Origin: Eledone cirrhosa
Lineage: Eukaryota
Direction: 5' to 3'
Assembly: GCA_964016885.1 (NCBI GenBank)
Contig: OZ024743.1
Span: forward strand, 16,740,001 to 16,804,000
DNA length: 64,000 nucleotides
Notes under the pieces: model-generated
What the model was told of the DNA's origin: nothing
The model's database searches: none
The model's input: only the letters and a program-made list of their open reading frames with translations
Program-made: the position numbers and the translations under genes
Part shown: piece after piece, positions 13,169 to 26,720 of the stretch
How positions within the stretch are numbered: the first letter of the stretch is position 1
Layout: each line of letters opens with the position of its first letter

Positions 13169-15120
13169 ATGGCTGAGAAAAGCCCCCCAGCCATATGTCG
13201 GCTGTCGTGCGACAACGACGTAGAAGTTGAGAGGAGCGCTACAGCGAAATTAACACACATTGATAACGCAAACACTACCACAAACAAGGTAAACAAAGAC
13301 ACCAATGATACCAATAAGAACACTATTTTTGAAAAAAATGACAGTAACAGCGACAACAAAAATACAGATAGCAAAAAAATAAATAACAAATACAACAACA
13401 ATATCAACACCACTAACATGAAAACAAATAGCGACAACACCAACAGCAGCAATAGCAACTGCACCGAGAACAACGGTGGCAACAAAGACAACAATGATAA
13501 CAGCAACAGTGTTAACAACAACACCAACAAGAACAACGACCACAAAACCCCCAACGAAAACAAGAACACTTTCGCTGCGGCAGCAGCAAAAAAGAGGCCA
13601 TGCTTCAACATGGACCTCTCAAACAAAGATGAAAAGTTGGCCAAGGCATGGAAGCTCATCAAGCAGGAGCAAACTTGGGCCAACTTAACTGTACCGGTAG
13701 AAGCTATTGAGGCAGTGGAGCGCAAAACGGTGCATTATAGATGCATCTGATAACAACCCCAAAGGGCAGCTTTAATCCCACAAGAAGATGTCGAAGTCGC
13801 GGTGAGGTGCATCAGAGAAGACACCCAGTACATAGAGAGGGGCAGACAGTACGGCACCATTTCTGTGTTGTTCAAGTCAGAAGCCCTCGCTATGAAACAC
13901 GCTATGACTCCTTGGAAAACCAGCAGTGTCATAATGTACAACTCCCACATGGGAAAAAGAAGGGCCAGTCTCCGCATTCGCAGAATCCCACCAGGACTTG
14001 ACATGTGGTGGCTTCTGGGATGTGTGATTGTGGAGGGGACGAATACAGTCCCTATAGAAGTGACCAGAACGGCCAGAGAGGACTGGTCCGGGGTTGACTT
14101 GGAGATCCTTCTCCAGATCAGGCCCGAGAATGTCAAGAGCATCCCAGACCACATCCGCCTTCAGAATGTGACGGTCATTATGAGCGAAGGCAAAAGGCGG
14201 CAGTGTTTTGCTTGTGGGGAATAAACCCATTTGCGAGCCTTCTGCCCTCAACTACTGAAAGAGGCAAGGGGTCGAAAGGCTCCACTGCTGCCGACGCCGG
14301 GGCGAGGACCACAACCAACACCAGCACCGGCAAAACCACCAACAACACCAATAGAAAGACCACCACCAACATTGACGACCCAGGGGGGAAACGAGGAAAG
14401 CTGTCAAATTCCCCCTGCCCTCAAAAATACACACACCAATAAAACCATAAACATACATACATACACACTTACAGACCCAGACCTCTCATCTACCAATAGT
14501 GAAAATGAGGGAAATCCCCAAACCCCCAAAATACAAAAAAGATAACACAAGAGAAAAAAATACTCAACAAAACACAAAAGTACCCACACTAAAAAACGTA
14601 GACTCCACCCACGCAAACATCTCTCCAATAACACCAACATCAACACCACCATCACCATCACCAGAATCCCCCAAACGCAAACAACCGAAACAGACGCAAG
14701 AACAAATATAAACACAAACATCTGACACCACACTCACAACAAACACATATACAACCGAAACAACACCACCAAAACCATCACCACCACAGCCACGCACACA
14801 AATAAAATCACTCCAACAAAACATACAAAACTTCGGGCTCGTCAGGAGGGCCAACAAGGAACTGATGGCTCACGTAGCACGAAGTGAAAATATACAAAAA
14901 GAGGGGGACATTTTTAAATCGAGCACATTTCGCGTGCTGGAAGATTTGGTTCTGGTGCGAATGTCGCTCGACATATTCAAATAAATACGAGACAGATTTC
15001 CTCGGGACGTGGGAACCCCGAACGTAAAACCCACTTCAAGTCTTTTAAAGGGGTTCCCAAAAGAAACACCACTAACTATGGAGGTCGGAAACCCGACCTT
15101 CACAAGAGCCCAGAAGATAA
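13169..15120 (+). pseudogene. ORF1 of Tx1 copy B, disrupted
   Basis: ORF-track pieces 13139-13750, 13802-14224, 14231-14545; CCHC knuckle interrupted by a stop. Confidence 0.72.
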
Positions 15121-15155
15121 GTAAACCTTCCTCTCTCTCTGTTTAACCTGCCAAC

Positions 15156-17987
15156 ATGGCCGTATTACGAGTAGGATGTTTAAATGTTCGAGGCCTGGGA
15201 TGTTCCTGGAAGCAGGGTCACCTGATTAACGACCTCAGGTCATAGAAATGGATGTAATTGCAGTCAGCGAGACGACGATTTCCAACACGCGCGCACTAGC
15301 CCCCATTTTCGACGACTATCAGATCTTTGCATCTGTTAGCCGGCTGGAATGGGAGGCAGGGTGGCAGTGCTGTTTAGGAAAGGCCTGGATCTCGAGGTAA
15401 GGTCGATCTTCCGAGACCCGGACGGGAAGTTGGTGGTCCTGGACGTGAACAATAATGAAGGTGGTGCCTTTAGACTGGTTGCCGTCTATGCTCCTACTGG
15501 GGCAGGACGGTCGGACTTCTTTAGACGCCTGGAAGCCTCTCTGAGTACGTCAAGCACTTTACTGTTAGCGGGAGACTGGAACGGCCTATTAGACGCACGT
15601 TGGGACTCTGTGGGAGTATCCGATAGGAGCGGGGGGTGCAAAAGCCTCAAGAACTTGATCAGCCAGTTCCAACTGTCTGACAGGTACTGACTAGATTTCC
15701 TTAATGTGTCAGTGTGGAGCTGGGCTAACCGCATAGGGTCATCTAGATCGTATATAGACAGGATATTCATTAGGAAAATAGACAGAAATAGTGTAAGCTC
15801 TCCACGTTTTGAAACGGTCGCCTCTTCAGATCACAAGTTTGTGATCTGTATGGTCGACCTAGATAAGACGCGTAGGTTAGGACCTAGTTACTGGAAGCTA
15901 AATATGTCATTTCCGGCACGTAAGGCTTACAGGGACTAGGTCAACAATTTAGTTAAGAAAAAAGTTGACAGAGGCAGTCGTCAACAATAGATGGTGGGGG
16001 GCTCTCAACAGAGAGATTAGAGTAATGTCGATAGAGTTTAGCAAAGAAGTAGCATTAGAGAAAAATAGAAAGGAGTGGGAGTTGGTAGATAAGTTAGACG
16101 AGGCTAATGGCATTAGACCATTTCTTCAATGCGAAACACGAAGGTTGCATTGTCAGAGCTAAGGCGCGGGCTCTGAGAAACGAGGGAACCAAAGCTGTTC
16201 GATGGGCCCACGTGGCAGAGGCGCAGCGTGGTAATAAAACCACGATTCGTTCTTTGACGGACCGAGACGGGCACAAGCTGAGCGATTCCAAGAGGATGTG
16301 TGAGGCCTTTCGCCAACATTTTTCTCGGTTGTTCGGGGGAAGTGGCGGGTTATAGATGGTTGCGCACTTCAGTCCCTACCTTGATGGCTTGCCGCAACTC
16401 TCGACGGCTGACGCTGGGCGCTGCGAAAGGCCAATTACTTCAGCCGAGATTCAGGATGCCCTTGTCGGCTGCATGAGGTGCAAGTCACTCGGTTTAGATG
16501 GTGTGCCCTACGAGCTTTACGTAAATATGCCAGACTTGTTCTCCAATCTCCTCGAAGCCCTCTACTGCAACTGGCAGCAGCACGGGAGCATTCCCAGTTC
16601 TGAAAGCAGTGCCGTAGTGACGCTGATAAGGAAAGACGAGAAGAAGAGGGACACGTTAGACAATTTCATACCCATAACTCTGCTCAACACAGAGTTTAAG
16701 ATTTTGGCCAGGGTGTTAGCGAAGAGATTGGCGCTTGTCGTCGGGGATTTGGTTGGGGAGGCGCATACTTGCGCAATCCCAACTAGGTCCATACACGACA
16801 ACCTCCACCTAGCGATACATCATAGAGAGGGTGGGGTATAAACCTGGTATCGGTGGGTCTCTGATCAATTTAGATCAATCGAAAGCATTCGATAGGTTCG
16901 ACCATCTCTACCTGGAGTCTGACCTCAAGGTGGCTGGCTTCGGCCCCGTCTTCAGAAGCTGGATCGCAGCAATGCACAGCGGCACCTGCTCCATGATCAA
17001 AATTAATAGCCACCTCTCGGAACCGTTTCAAGTCTCCCGATCGGTCCGTCAAGGGAGCCCTCTCTCATCCCTTCTGTACGTATTGACTCTCGAGCCTTTA
17101 CTGCGGCAGCTGGAGCTGTTGCAGGGCATCCCGCTAGAACCGGGACGCGGAAAGGCTGTGTCGGCTTATGCGGACGGCATCACCGTGATGGTGTCGGACA
17201 CCTCAGAAATCGAGGTGGTCGGCAACTTATTGGAGGAATATGAAAGTTTGACGGGAGCAAAATTTAACCCGGAAAAGTCAGTGGGCTTGCAAATCGGCAC
17301 CTGGAGAGGCAAGTCCATGCCGTCCAACAGCGTCGTTAGCCCCTGGACGGACGGTCCGGTAAAGTTGCTAGTGGTTTGGTTCGGCCCAGACCTCCAGGTG
17401 GATAAGAATTGGGACGAGGTTACGGGCAGGGTAGTCAGTCTCACCCAGAAATGGGTTGGGATGAAGCTATCACTGAAAGGTCGGGCTGAGGTGGCGAATG
17501 CGTACATCGCGTCTGTCATCTACTACCGTCTGACTGCGTCCCTTACCCCGTGCGCGCCTCGCCATCTTGGAGCGGCTTCTCTTCAAATTCTTGTGGATGG
17601 GTCAGGTTTCGCTGGTGAGGCGGTCTATCTGCTGCCAGCACCCTCTACGTGGAGGGCTGGGCATGCCGTGGCTAATGATGCGCAGGCACGCGCTGAGGCT
17701 GCGGCATCTCCAGATATTTTGCCTAAACGGTGAACAGGTGTGGTCGCCGTTTGTCAGACGGGCCTTTCCACAGCTCATTTCTTTGACTGAGTTGCAGTCC
17801 TGGGTCAAGAAGAGAGCGAGACTGGGTGACTGGCATCTGGAATGTTGCCAGGCACTCAGTGGATTAACTTTTTCAAATTTCATTTGAAAAGGAAAATCAG
17901 GGTAGAGAGGGAAGTGCTCTCTTCCCAGCATTTTGTTGAAAGATGGGTGAGAGAAGCAAGTATTGCCCTCTGAGTATGTGTCTGTAA
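15156..17987 (+). pseudogene. ORF2 (APE-RT) of Tx1 copy B, disrupted
   Basis: Collinear fragments homologous to ORF2 of copy A; multiple stops and frameshifts. Confidence 0.9.
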
Positions 17988-18487
17988 ATTAAAGGTGGAA
18001 CACTGGGAGACGGCACTTGCCCTGGTGGTCGGGGTCCCTGTGGCCTTTTAATGGGCTTTCTCCACCAATGTCCCTCGGAATTCTCCCCCCTATTGGGGAA
18101 TTTTTCATTGTTATTTTTTTTATTACATCCTCTGTTTTTTTACACGCAGAAATGCCCATTTGTACCGTCCTCTATTGTCCTGTACTGCCCTTAATGTCTA
18201 CTTTATGTAAATCCTTGTGGTTAATAAAGAAAGCATTACTATTATTATTATTGAAATCACTGTTATTATTATCTTAATATATTTGGCATAATTTGAAGTT
18301 CATGAATAAGTCAGGAACAAATCGTAAAAAAAAAAGAAAAATGTTTTAAGAAGAGATGAATCCACACAGAAATGTTATGTCAAATTGTCGAACAAACTAT
18401 GTAGAAATAGATCGTAAATATAATGGAACGAAAATCATTTAAGATAAGTTAAATGTTGTTTCATATCAACTAAATTGGAAATGTAGG

Positions 18488-18815
18488 CAATTTAAATAGA
18501 TACAACTTTCGTTTTATTGTCAATAGTTATTTTTTTATCGGCTACTGATCTATCGTTTTCAGCATGACATAAAACAGGAGATCAAAATGAAAAGGAAAAT
18601 CGAAGGTGGTATTCAGCTCGAGAAGGTCTGCGCAGTACAGACAATAACGTTGACAGGTATAAAATTGACATACATATATAGATGAACATCCGCATGCACA
18701 CATGGAAAGACACAGCTAACATCGGCAGTATTTGAACTGAGATTGTAAAGGGGCGTAACACAATGCAACGAAGCATGGTGTCAGACGCTCTAATGCACTG
18801 CCAATACACCACAAT
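18488..18815 (-). mobile_element. Decayed tRNA-SINE head (~18700-18815) joined to copy 2 of the ~230-bp repeat
   Basis: Minus strand tggcagtgcattagagcgtctgacaccatgct...cagttcaaatactgccgatgttag resembles the SINE at 63273-63463. Confidence 0.65.
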
Positions 18816-19234
18816 CTAGTACTACTACTAATAATAACATCCTTATCATCCACAACAGTTTCATTATAATAATAATGATAATAGTGGTTTCTATGATATT
18901 AAAACATAGCACTGTCATTATATTATAACACTAATGCTATTAGTGGTGACGGCAAAATTGGACATAATTTATAAGCATCATAATACTAATGGAAATGTAA
19001 TAAAACAAATAGCTTAAATGACAATGGTGGTAGTGAAGTGGTGGTGGTAGCGATAATAATAACATTACCACTCAGAAATAAGGAGAAAAAAGGATAGTCT
19101 GAAACATTTTACATATAACGGTATATATGTAGATTTGTTTGAATTATTGTATATGATAAAGAATGTTGAAAGATATATAAGACTAAACAAAGGAACATGT
19201 ATTGTTAGATTAAGGTAATGAAAAAGTATATTAC

Positions 19235-19297
19235 CTTGTAATCTTTGTTTTGTTTTCTTTTGTTGTTGCATCCCCTTCCTTAGGATGAAGGAAAAAA
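19235..19297 (-). CDS. Candidate 63-bp host exon (unassigned)
   Basis: Strong acceptor tttattttgtattttcattgtttcag, donor CAAG/GTAATA, length divisible by 3, two open frames (e.g. FFLHPKEGDATTKENKTKIT). Confidence 0.3.
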
Positions 19298-20155
19298 CTG
19301 AAACAATGAAAATACAAAATAAAGATAACGAGGTAACTTATCTTTTCGTTACCTTCATTTCATAGTGCATTTTGCATCGTTTACGCTATATCGCTTTCTA
19401 CATTTTACAATTTTGCAAACAAGCCTCAATTTTATAGCCATGTCAGGAGAAAGAACACTTTATTCTTGCTCTTATGTCGGCATGTGTATATATATATATC
19501 ATCTAATAAATATATTATAATTAGGAACTCGATTTTTGATTTTTATTAAAAACTCTTGTGACTTTCTTATTGTTATTTGTCCATACGTCATGCGTTTTAT
19601 TTTGGTTTCTGGATTTATTGAGGATACTTATTAATATGATCTTGTATTAACATCGTTAATAAATCTTTACCAATTATGAGAATCCATTTTAATGCGTGTG
19701 ATTACAGGAGATGCGATTGGGGGTGGGTTTTTTTTTAAGGGGGTGGGCTAAATTTATTTTGACACCTATTGTAGATTCTGCTCAATTATTCAATTTTATT
19801 AAAAGATCTAAAGTAAGAAAACTGATTAGATTAAGACAAATTATAGTAAAGTAAAAAGCGCAACATTAAATAAAATATGAAATAAACCTTACGAATAAAT
19901 AAGATAAATAAAAATGGAGACATTGATGACGTGGCATTTGAGAATGTAGGCTGTCATTATAGCTTTCTGAAAATATTTAGTATGCAAAATAATAAATTCA
20001 GAAAATAGCAAATGTCTAGAAGGATTTTCATTTCATACACAATTACACACACGTGTAGGCACACATTCACTAAAATACGCACTCGCAAGCCAAGACACAT
20101 ATACATATACACACGTACACAGACATTGATTTTTATAAATATGTACAGACACAGA

Positions 20156-20221
<66 letters not shown>

Positions 20222-21849
20222 TGTGTGTGCGTGCGTGTGTGTGTACGTGTGTGTGTTTATGTGTGCGTTTGTGTGAGAGCAATGAGAGGGAGAAAGAGAC
20301 AAGATGAGCGTGAACGAGAGAGGTTTGGAGTTGTGTCACAATTAATGCAACTGAATTTTTATTTCGATTTTAGTTTAATGATAGCGAACCAGCTTGGGAT
20401 CAACTCGGAAAAAGTATATAATGCTATTGTGTAAAGAAATTATTTAATAAAAATGTATAATTTCTCATTGCTTTGAGATTAATTTTTTCAACTAACTTTA
20501 CGTTTATGCTAATTTTTAAACATTTAAATGCAGTTAATTCATAGAAGTGGCACGGTAATCTACAAATACCTTTCTATATGTTCTGTAACTAAAATGGGGA
20601 TTAAATTATATGTTTACCTGAAAGCCAAATCCCTAATGTTACAGACAAGATAGGCTGTGCTAATTATTCGATTTTGTATTCAAATATCCCCGGGTTCTAA
20701 GACTCGTTTTGCAATCATTGGTTTTTGAAATAATGTAACAATCCTCTATCGTTTGATTTAATAATCTTTCCTCTCTCCCTATCTTGCTGAACGAGTGCCA
20801 AAAATCAAAAGTAAGTATTAGATTTATTTCCAGTGCGTGTTATCACTGCAGTATCGAGCATACCTCTAACCGATTTGTGCTTGTGTATATATGTTTTATA
20901 GTTTCTTTGAGGTTGGTATAATTCTTTACATTGGATTTCGAATGATATATTTTAAACAGCTTATGATATATTTTAAACAGCTAATCACAAATTACCATCT
21001 AGATTGAAACACTATCTGAAATATACATGACTCAACAACGATCTCCAGGGTCATGTGAAAAGATTTCAAAATTGAGTGAGCAGGGTCACTTCATATTAAT
21101 TTATCAAGGATTCCATCTCCACCAAAACGTGCTGATTACTGCTATGCGACACTACTGTGTTCTCTCTGCTATGTATGCTCGTAGTAAATATTTCTGCTAT
21201 AACTTCACTTTGCAACATGAATTCATTGGTAGTCATTTTGACTAACATTCTAGGTTCTTAACCTATATACTATTTTTATGCATAGTCTGAATAATACTAC
21301 ATTTGAAAATGATGCTTTCAATCAGCTAATCTTTCATACCAAACCCGTGTTATGTTAGGTAACTAGATTATTGAATACATATCACGCATTAATGCTAGTG
21401 TAAAACATAAGATCCATCTGTTAGTTGAATCTACACAGAGGTGGCTTTGAAAAAACAATCGCTTGGATTCTATAGATAATATGGGTGACAATGGCCTAAC
21501 ATTATAGCCGATCCTTCTGTAGTAAATTCAGGTCAAGATGTATGCAGTGAGATGTGTATATATTAATATTGACGACCAGAGGGCACGCAATGCGGACTTG
21601 TGGACTTACAGTGAACTGTATATCACAGATCCTGTTATCAGCTGAATCTGTAAATTAACTCAAAACACAAAGTATGGTAATTGTTTTCTACAGTGTAGCA
21701 ATAGGGAAGTTATCTCTGTGGTGGCAACGTCAATCGTAGAGAAACACTATCAAATGTCAAAGAGAAGAGCGCCTTGACAGTGATATTCGATCTGTTACTT
21801 ATAATAAGCCTATTTGCTCAAAATGCACTTTCCAGCCTTCAAACAATGC

Positions 21850-23100
21850 AAATATAGTTCTCGATATGCCAACAGTTGTATTCTCAACGTTCACAATATT
21901 CGAACAAATAGTTGCTCAATAAGACTTCGGCTGGTGCTAGAGATCAACGGCTTTTAAATCCGCCAGTTCACTTAGACATCTGTTATATCCTTCTTTATGA
22001 GTACGTAATAAGACCTTTGATGTTCTATGTATGTTATACTGCATGGAATTTGCTTTAATTCCCAAAGTCAATAGATCGTTTAATATTTATATTAAGCTTG
22101 TAATATTGTACATATTGCAGACAGGCATGATAGTGCTGTGACGTGTTTGAGGTTTATCATTTTTTAATAATTAATGTAAACATTGGTCTTAAATCTGAGA
22201 GCTAGAAGAATGAATTCCATCGATCTTTTAGGAACTTAGTTAATATTTCTAACTTTGTGCGTTTGATATGTTATTCAGTGTGATGGTTGTTTATACGCTG
22301 ATCATATTCTATGGATTGTATCTAGGTTTTAGTTCTTTTTTTCCCAAGAATTTTCCTTTTTCGACTATTTATCTCACATGCTGCACCGTTATAGTTTCAT
22401 TTATTAACTTTTTTTTATTTCTCATAGTCTTTTATAGATTTATTTGTAAAGCATGTGTAATGTTTTTGTAGCGAATAGAATACAGCATTGATAATTTTTT
22501 TTATATTTATACGTTGGTATTATTCAAAATGAGGTACTCTATTTGTGCTTTATGTGCATGTGATATGTGTTGATGCTTGTATGAGCTGAAACGTTTCTAT
22601 GAGAGAATCTTTAAGGATGTTTACTTCTATTGTAAATCCTACGTTTCACCATGAATTAGCTTATTTGTTCTCATTATATAGATGTTCGGATAGTTTGGTA
22701 GTTAATTTATGGTTGTATACGTTATAATTATTTGATTTATTGTTTCAATTGTTTGGTTTGCTATAGCATCTTCTTGATTTATATCCACCAAATTATAGTT
22801 TTTATTTTTGTCAATCATATGTTTACATGATTTCTTCTCGATTATTTGTATTTTAAGTATGCTATTATTTATTCCAGCGTCCGATATGTACACCTGATAA
22901 TTCATTAGGTTTAAGTTTGTATCTTGGTAAATTGGCAAGTTTTCTACGATCTGAAGTATTTTAAATCATGAGTATTTCTTTTTAGGTTCTGTTATGGCAA
23001 TTATTCATGTTCAGTGCGGTTTGTTGTAGTAATATATGCATGTAGTATAGAATCATATAAAGTAGGGGTCGCTAAATTTTTTTGGTGGTTTCGCCCATTT
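21850..23100 (-). mobile_element. Highly decayed Penelope-like (possibly Neptune-like) remnant
   Basis: Only short motif-like fragments (PTLY near 23060; PVC and LRTHKRRI near 22000-22130); many stops. Confidence 0.3.
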
Positions 23101-23561
23101 TCACCTGGTTTATACACGCATATATATAGTAATTTTTTAAAGCGTAAATTCGAGATTGGAAGATTTTCTGATAGGAAGATTTCCAGCCATTAATATGTCA
23201 CAAAATGTCAGTTTACGAACCAGTAACACGCCATTACCGACTTCTTTAAACTCTGACAAAAAATATAAATGGACCATGTTTGCATTAATAAATACTTTAT
23301 TGAAAGTAATGTTAGAAGTAGAAACAGAAAATATTTGGCACACTCATACCATTTTCATATACCATCAATGCTGCGCCTGCGTTTAGTGCATACACATTGG
23401 GTTAAAAATTAATGATTGTTAACCCCATGGCAACTCGCTTGGTAGATCCTGCAGAAAGACGCCGACAACGAACAGTCGGTCCCAGGAAGGCGAGGCAGAA
23501 TCTAGCGTAGCCAATGGACACCAAGAACAAACAGTCGGTTGCTGTATAAGCCCATTTATGT

Positions 23562-23680
23562 TTAGAGTTCAAATCCCGCTGAGGTTAACTTTGCCTTTTA
23601 TCCTTACGGGATCGATAAAATAAAGCACCAGCAATGAACTTGGATAATTGCTGGCCTTGTGCCAAAAGTAGAAACAGTTA
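23562..23680 (+). mobile_element. tRNA-SINE 3' part (mirror copy at ~25510-25625 on the minus strand)
   Basis: gagttcaaatcccgctgaggttaactttgccttttatccttacgggatcgataaaataaagcaccag. Confidence 0.85.
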
Positions 23681-23987
23681 TATCGAGATTCTGAATAGAG
23701 GAACGAAAAACAATATTATTTTTTCCTTGATCGAACTCTTTACACAGTTATGTAACCAGCAGCGGTACTAACCAACTCTCTATATCTCTATTTCTGAAAC
23801 TTTTTTTAAAAAAGAGTATTGCAAATATTTATCTTTGAACTCTTTATGCTCTTACATGCTTTATTCTTAGGGGCTGAATTGTTCAAATATATAATATCCT
23901 TGTGTGGCGGTTTCTGTAAGACTATATTTACTATAATTTGCTAAATAATATCCATATTACCTGTATAAATAAACAACTAACTATATA

Positions 23988-24061
<74 letters not shown>

Positions 24062-24484
24062 GGATATGTGTTCCTTCACGCACAAGGCGCTAAGGTACGC
24101 ATGTATTGTCCAACCAAATGCTACTATCTCCTCTAAGTTGGGAACAAATTTGGTCGCTCCGACTGCTGCTAGTGATAGCTGTGGCTGGTTTGACCTACCT
24201 CCTTCTGCCTCTATCTTTACTTCGGCCCTTGATAAGCCTGTTTCTACATCATCCACTCTCATCCCAGGAACAGTTTTGATAGCGCTAGTCCGCGATTTAA
24301 ATTCAGGAATTTTATATTCTTTGAATGAAAAGAACCTTCTGACGAGAATCTTTCTTTGCAACGAAGGCCGTATGGTCTCCGTTTTATTTTTGGGATTCGA
24401 AACCGATCGGTAAAGGTAACTATAGTAGGTAAAGTCAATTTTTTAAAATTTATTTTGAAACTTTTTTATTATTTGCTAAACCTT

Positions 24485-24544
<60 letters not shown>

Positions 24545-24547
24545 ATA

Positions 24548-24603
<56 letters not shown>

Positions 24604-24786
24604 TAATTTAATATATCAACTAGCATAAGCGCACAGATGCACGTCCATGCCAGCAAATACACAGGTTATGTCATAGTACCTAGGTGGTTCAATGCAGGAG
24701 GATGCAGAACAATAATGTAAAAGACGTAAAATAAGAAAATATCTTTTAAAAAATTTTTAAAAAATGTTTTACTTACTTAAATTTTC

Positions 24787-24868
24787 ACTCCAACTAATTA
24801 GTTTCTGCAATGGGATAAAGACAGTTACGTAATCCAACTGTCGAGAATTCATTGCGTCATCAGGGAGT
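24787..24868 (-). ncRNA. Canonical type I hammerhead ribozyme in a PLE-pLTR-like segment
   Basis: acucc-CUGAUGA-cgcaaug[aauucuc gacaguu ggauuacgu aacuguc uuuaucc]cauugca-GAAA-cuaauuag-UU-ggagu: all three stems present, palindromic stem III. Confidence 0.85.
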
Positions 24869-25119
24869 CTATTCTCAGCTGAGTCTCCAGGCAATGCGCG
24901 GACACTGGCGGCTCATATAAAAATAATAATAATTCGGTAGATAGAACAGCTAGCGAGGACTGGATTCCATGTACTGAAATTTTCACTGCTTCTAGTCAAA
25001 TGGCCGATTCTAAAGAATCAATCACGTAACACAGAGGCTAGTTAGAAGGAATGGGATGGTAAGATGACTGACGCCTACTAACACCCCAAAAAAAGTTAGA
25101 AGTGGTTTTGGCAGGTTTG

Positions 25120-25201
<82 letters not shown>

Positions 25202-26374
25202 TTATATAGTTAGTTGTTTATTTATACAGGTAATATGGATATTATTTAGCAAATTATAGTAAATATAGTCTTACAGAAACCGCCACACAAGGATATTATA
25301 TATTTGAACAATTCAGCCCCTAAGAATAAAGCATGTAAGACCATAAAGAGTTCAAAGATAAATATTTGCAATACTCTTTTTTAAAAAAAGTTTCAGAAAT
25401 AGAGATATAGAGAGTTGGTTAGTACCGCTGCTGGTTACATAACTGTGTAAAGAGTTCGATCAAGGAAAATAATATTGTTTTTCGTTCCTCTATTCAGAAT
25501 CTCGATATAACTGTTTCTACTTTTGGCACAAGGCCAGCAATTATCCAAGTTCATTGCTGGTGCTTTATTTTATCGATCCCGTAAGGATAAAAGGCAAAGT
25601 TAACCTCAGCGGGATTTGAACTCTAACCATAAAGGGGTGTATACAGCAACCGACTGTTCGTTCTTGGTGTCCATTGGCTACGCTAGATCCTGCCTCGCCT
25701 TCCTGGGACCGACCGTTCGTTGTCGGCGTCTTTCTGCAGGATCTACCAAGCGAGTTGCCATGGGGTTAACAATCATTAATTTTTAACCCAATGTGTATGC
25801 ACTAAACGCAGGCGCAGCATTGATGATATATGAAAATGGTATGAGTGTGCCAAATATTTGCTGTTTCTACTTCTAACATTACTTTCAATAAAGTATTTAT
25901 TAATACAAACGTGGTCCATTTATATTTTTTGTCAGAGTTTAAAGAAATCGGTAATGGCTTGTTACTGGTTCGTAAACTGACATTTTATGACATATTAATG
26001 TCTGGAAATCTTCCTATCAGGAAATCTTCCAATTTCGAATTTACGCTTTAAAAAATTACTATATATATGCGTACAGTAGTATGTATATATATACATACAT
26101 GCACACATATATATATGTACGTATAGATTTACCGAACATTTATTATTAAGCCGTACACTGTTTAACAACCATCATTGCCCTTTTGTTCAACACTGACAAA
26201 GGAACGGTGTACTAGTTATGGTCCCATAATTCCTGATAGAGTCCTAGGGGGACCGTATTGACATATGGCATCTCTTGAGTATTCTAAGTCTGGCAGATTT
26301 TTTTCAGAGAAAGATAAATGTGAAAGAGAGGAAATGAGAAAGGGATATATGGGTATTATCTACCCCATTACTAG

Positions 26375-26510
26375 AATGGTACTTTCTTTATCGACTCCGA
26401 AATAATCAAAAGCAAAGTAGACCTCGCTGGGATTTGTACACGAAGAACAAAGAGCCTGAATGTAAACCATAATGCATTCTATCTGCCGTAATAACGACTT
26501 TGTCAAATCC
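26375..26510 (-). mobile_element. Decayed tRNA-SINE
   Basis: Plus strand tggtactttctttatcgactccgaaataatcaaaagcaaagtagacctcgctgggattt is a diverged reverse complement of the SINE core. Confidence 0.7.
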
Positions 26511-26720
26511 GAGCATATATACATTTATATATACGTGTGTGCGCGGGCCTGTGCGTGCGTTTGTGTGTGTATGTGTATGGAAAAGCTAATCCGTTAGAAC
26601 AAAAGTAATAAAGGAAACCGCACAGTACATGGAAGAAATATATTAGTTTAATGCTTGAAATAACAGGATGAGAATCGTAACATTTCGAACACTAATATTT
26701 CATTAGAAGATAGAGTTTGG

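Larger units (their letters stand above)
12962..18252 (+). mobile_element. Near-full-length L1/Tx1-clade LINE, copy B (divergent subfamily, disrupted, deletion near the 3' end)
   Basis: ORF1 ~13169-15120 (Asn-rich N-terminus, CFACGE*THLRAFC knuckle); ORF2 from 15156 (MAVLRVGCLNVRGLG, LAGDWN, SDHK, DQSKAFDR, QGSPLS, YADG); (TTA)n on both sides. Confidence 0.92.
23116..26072. repeat. Large inverted duplication: ~880-bp arms (23116-23992 / 25198-26072) plus inner (TA)n tracts, around a ~1-kb spacer
   Basis: The arms are reverse complements with a few percent substitutions; each holds the same SINE fragment. Confidence 0.95.

Noticed and set aside
20618-20786. Candidate minus-strand exon with AG/GT ends
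   Set aside because: All three frames contain stops; more likely a decayed repeat.
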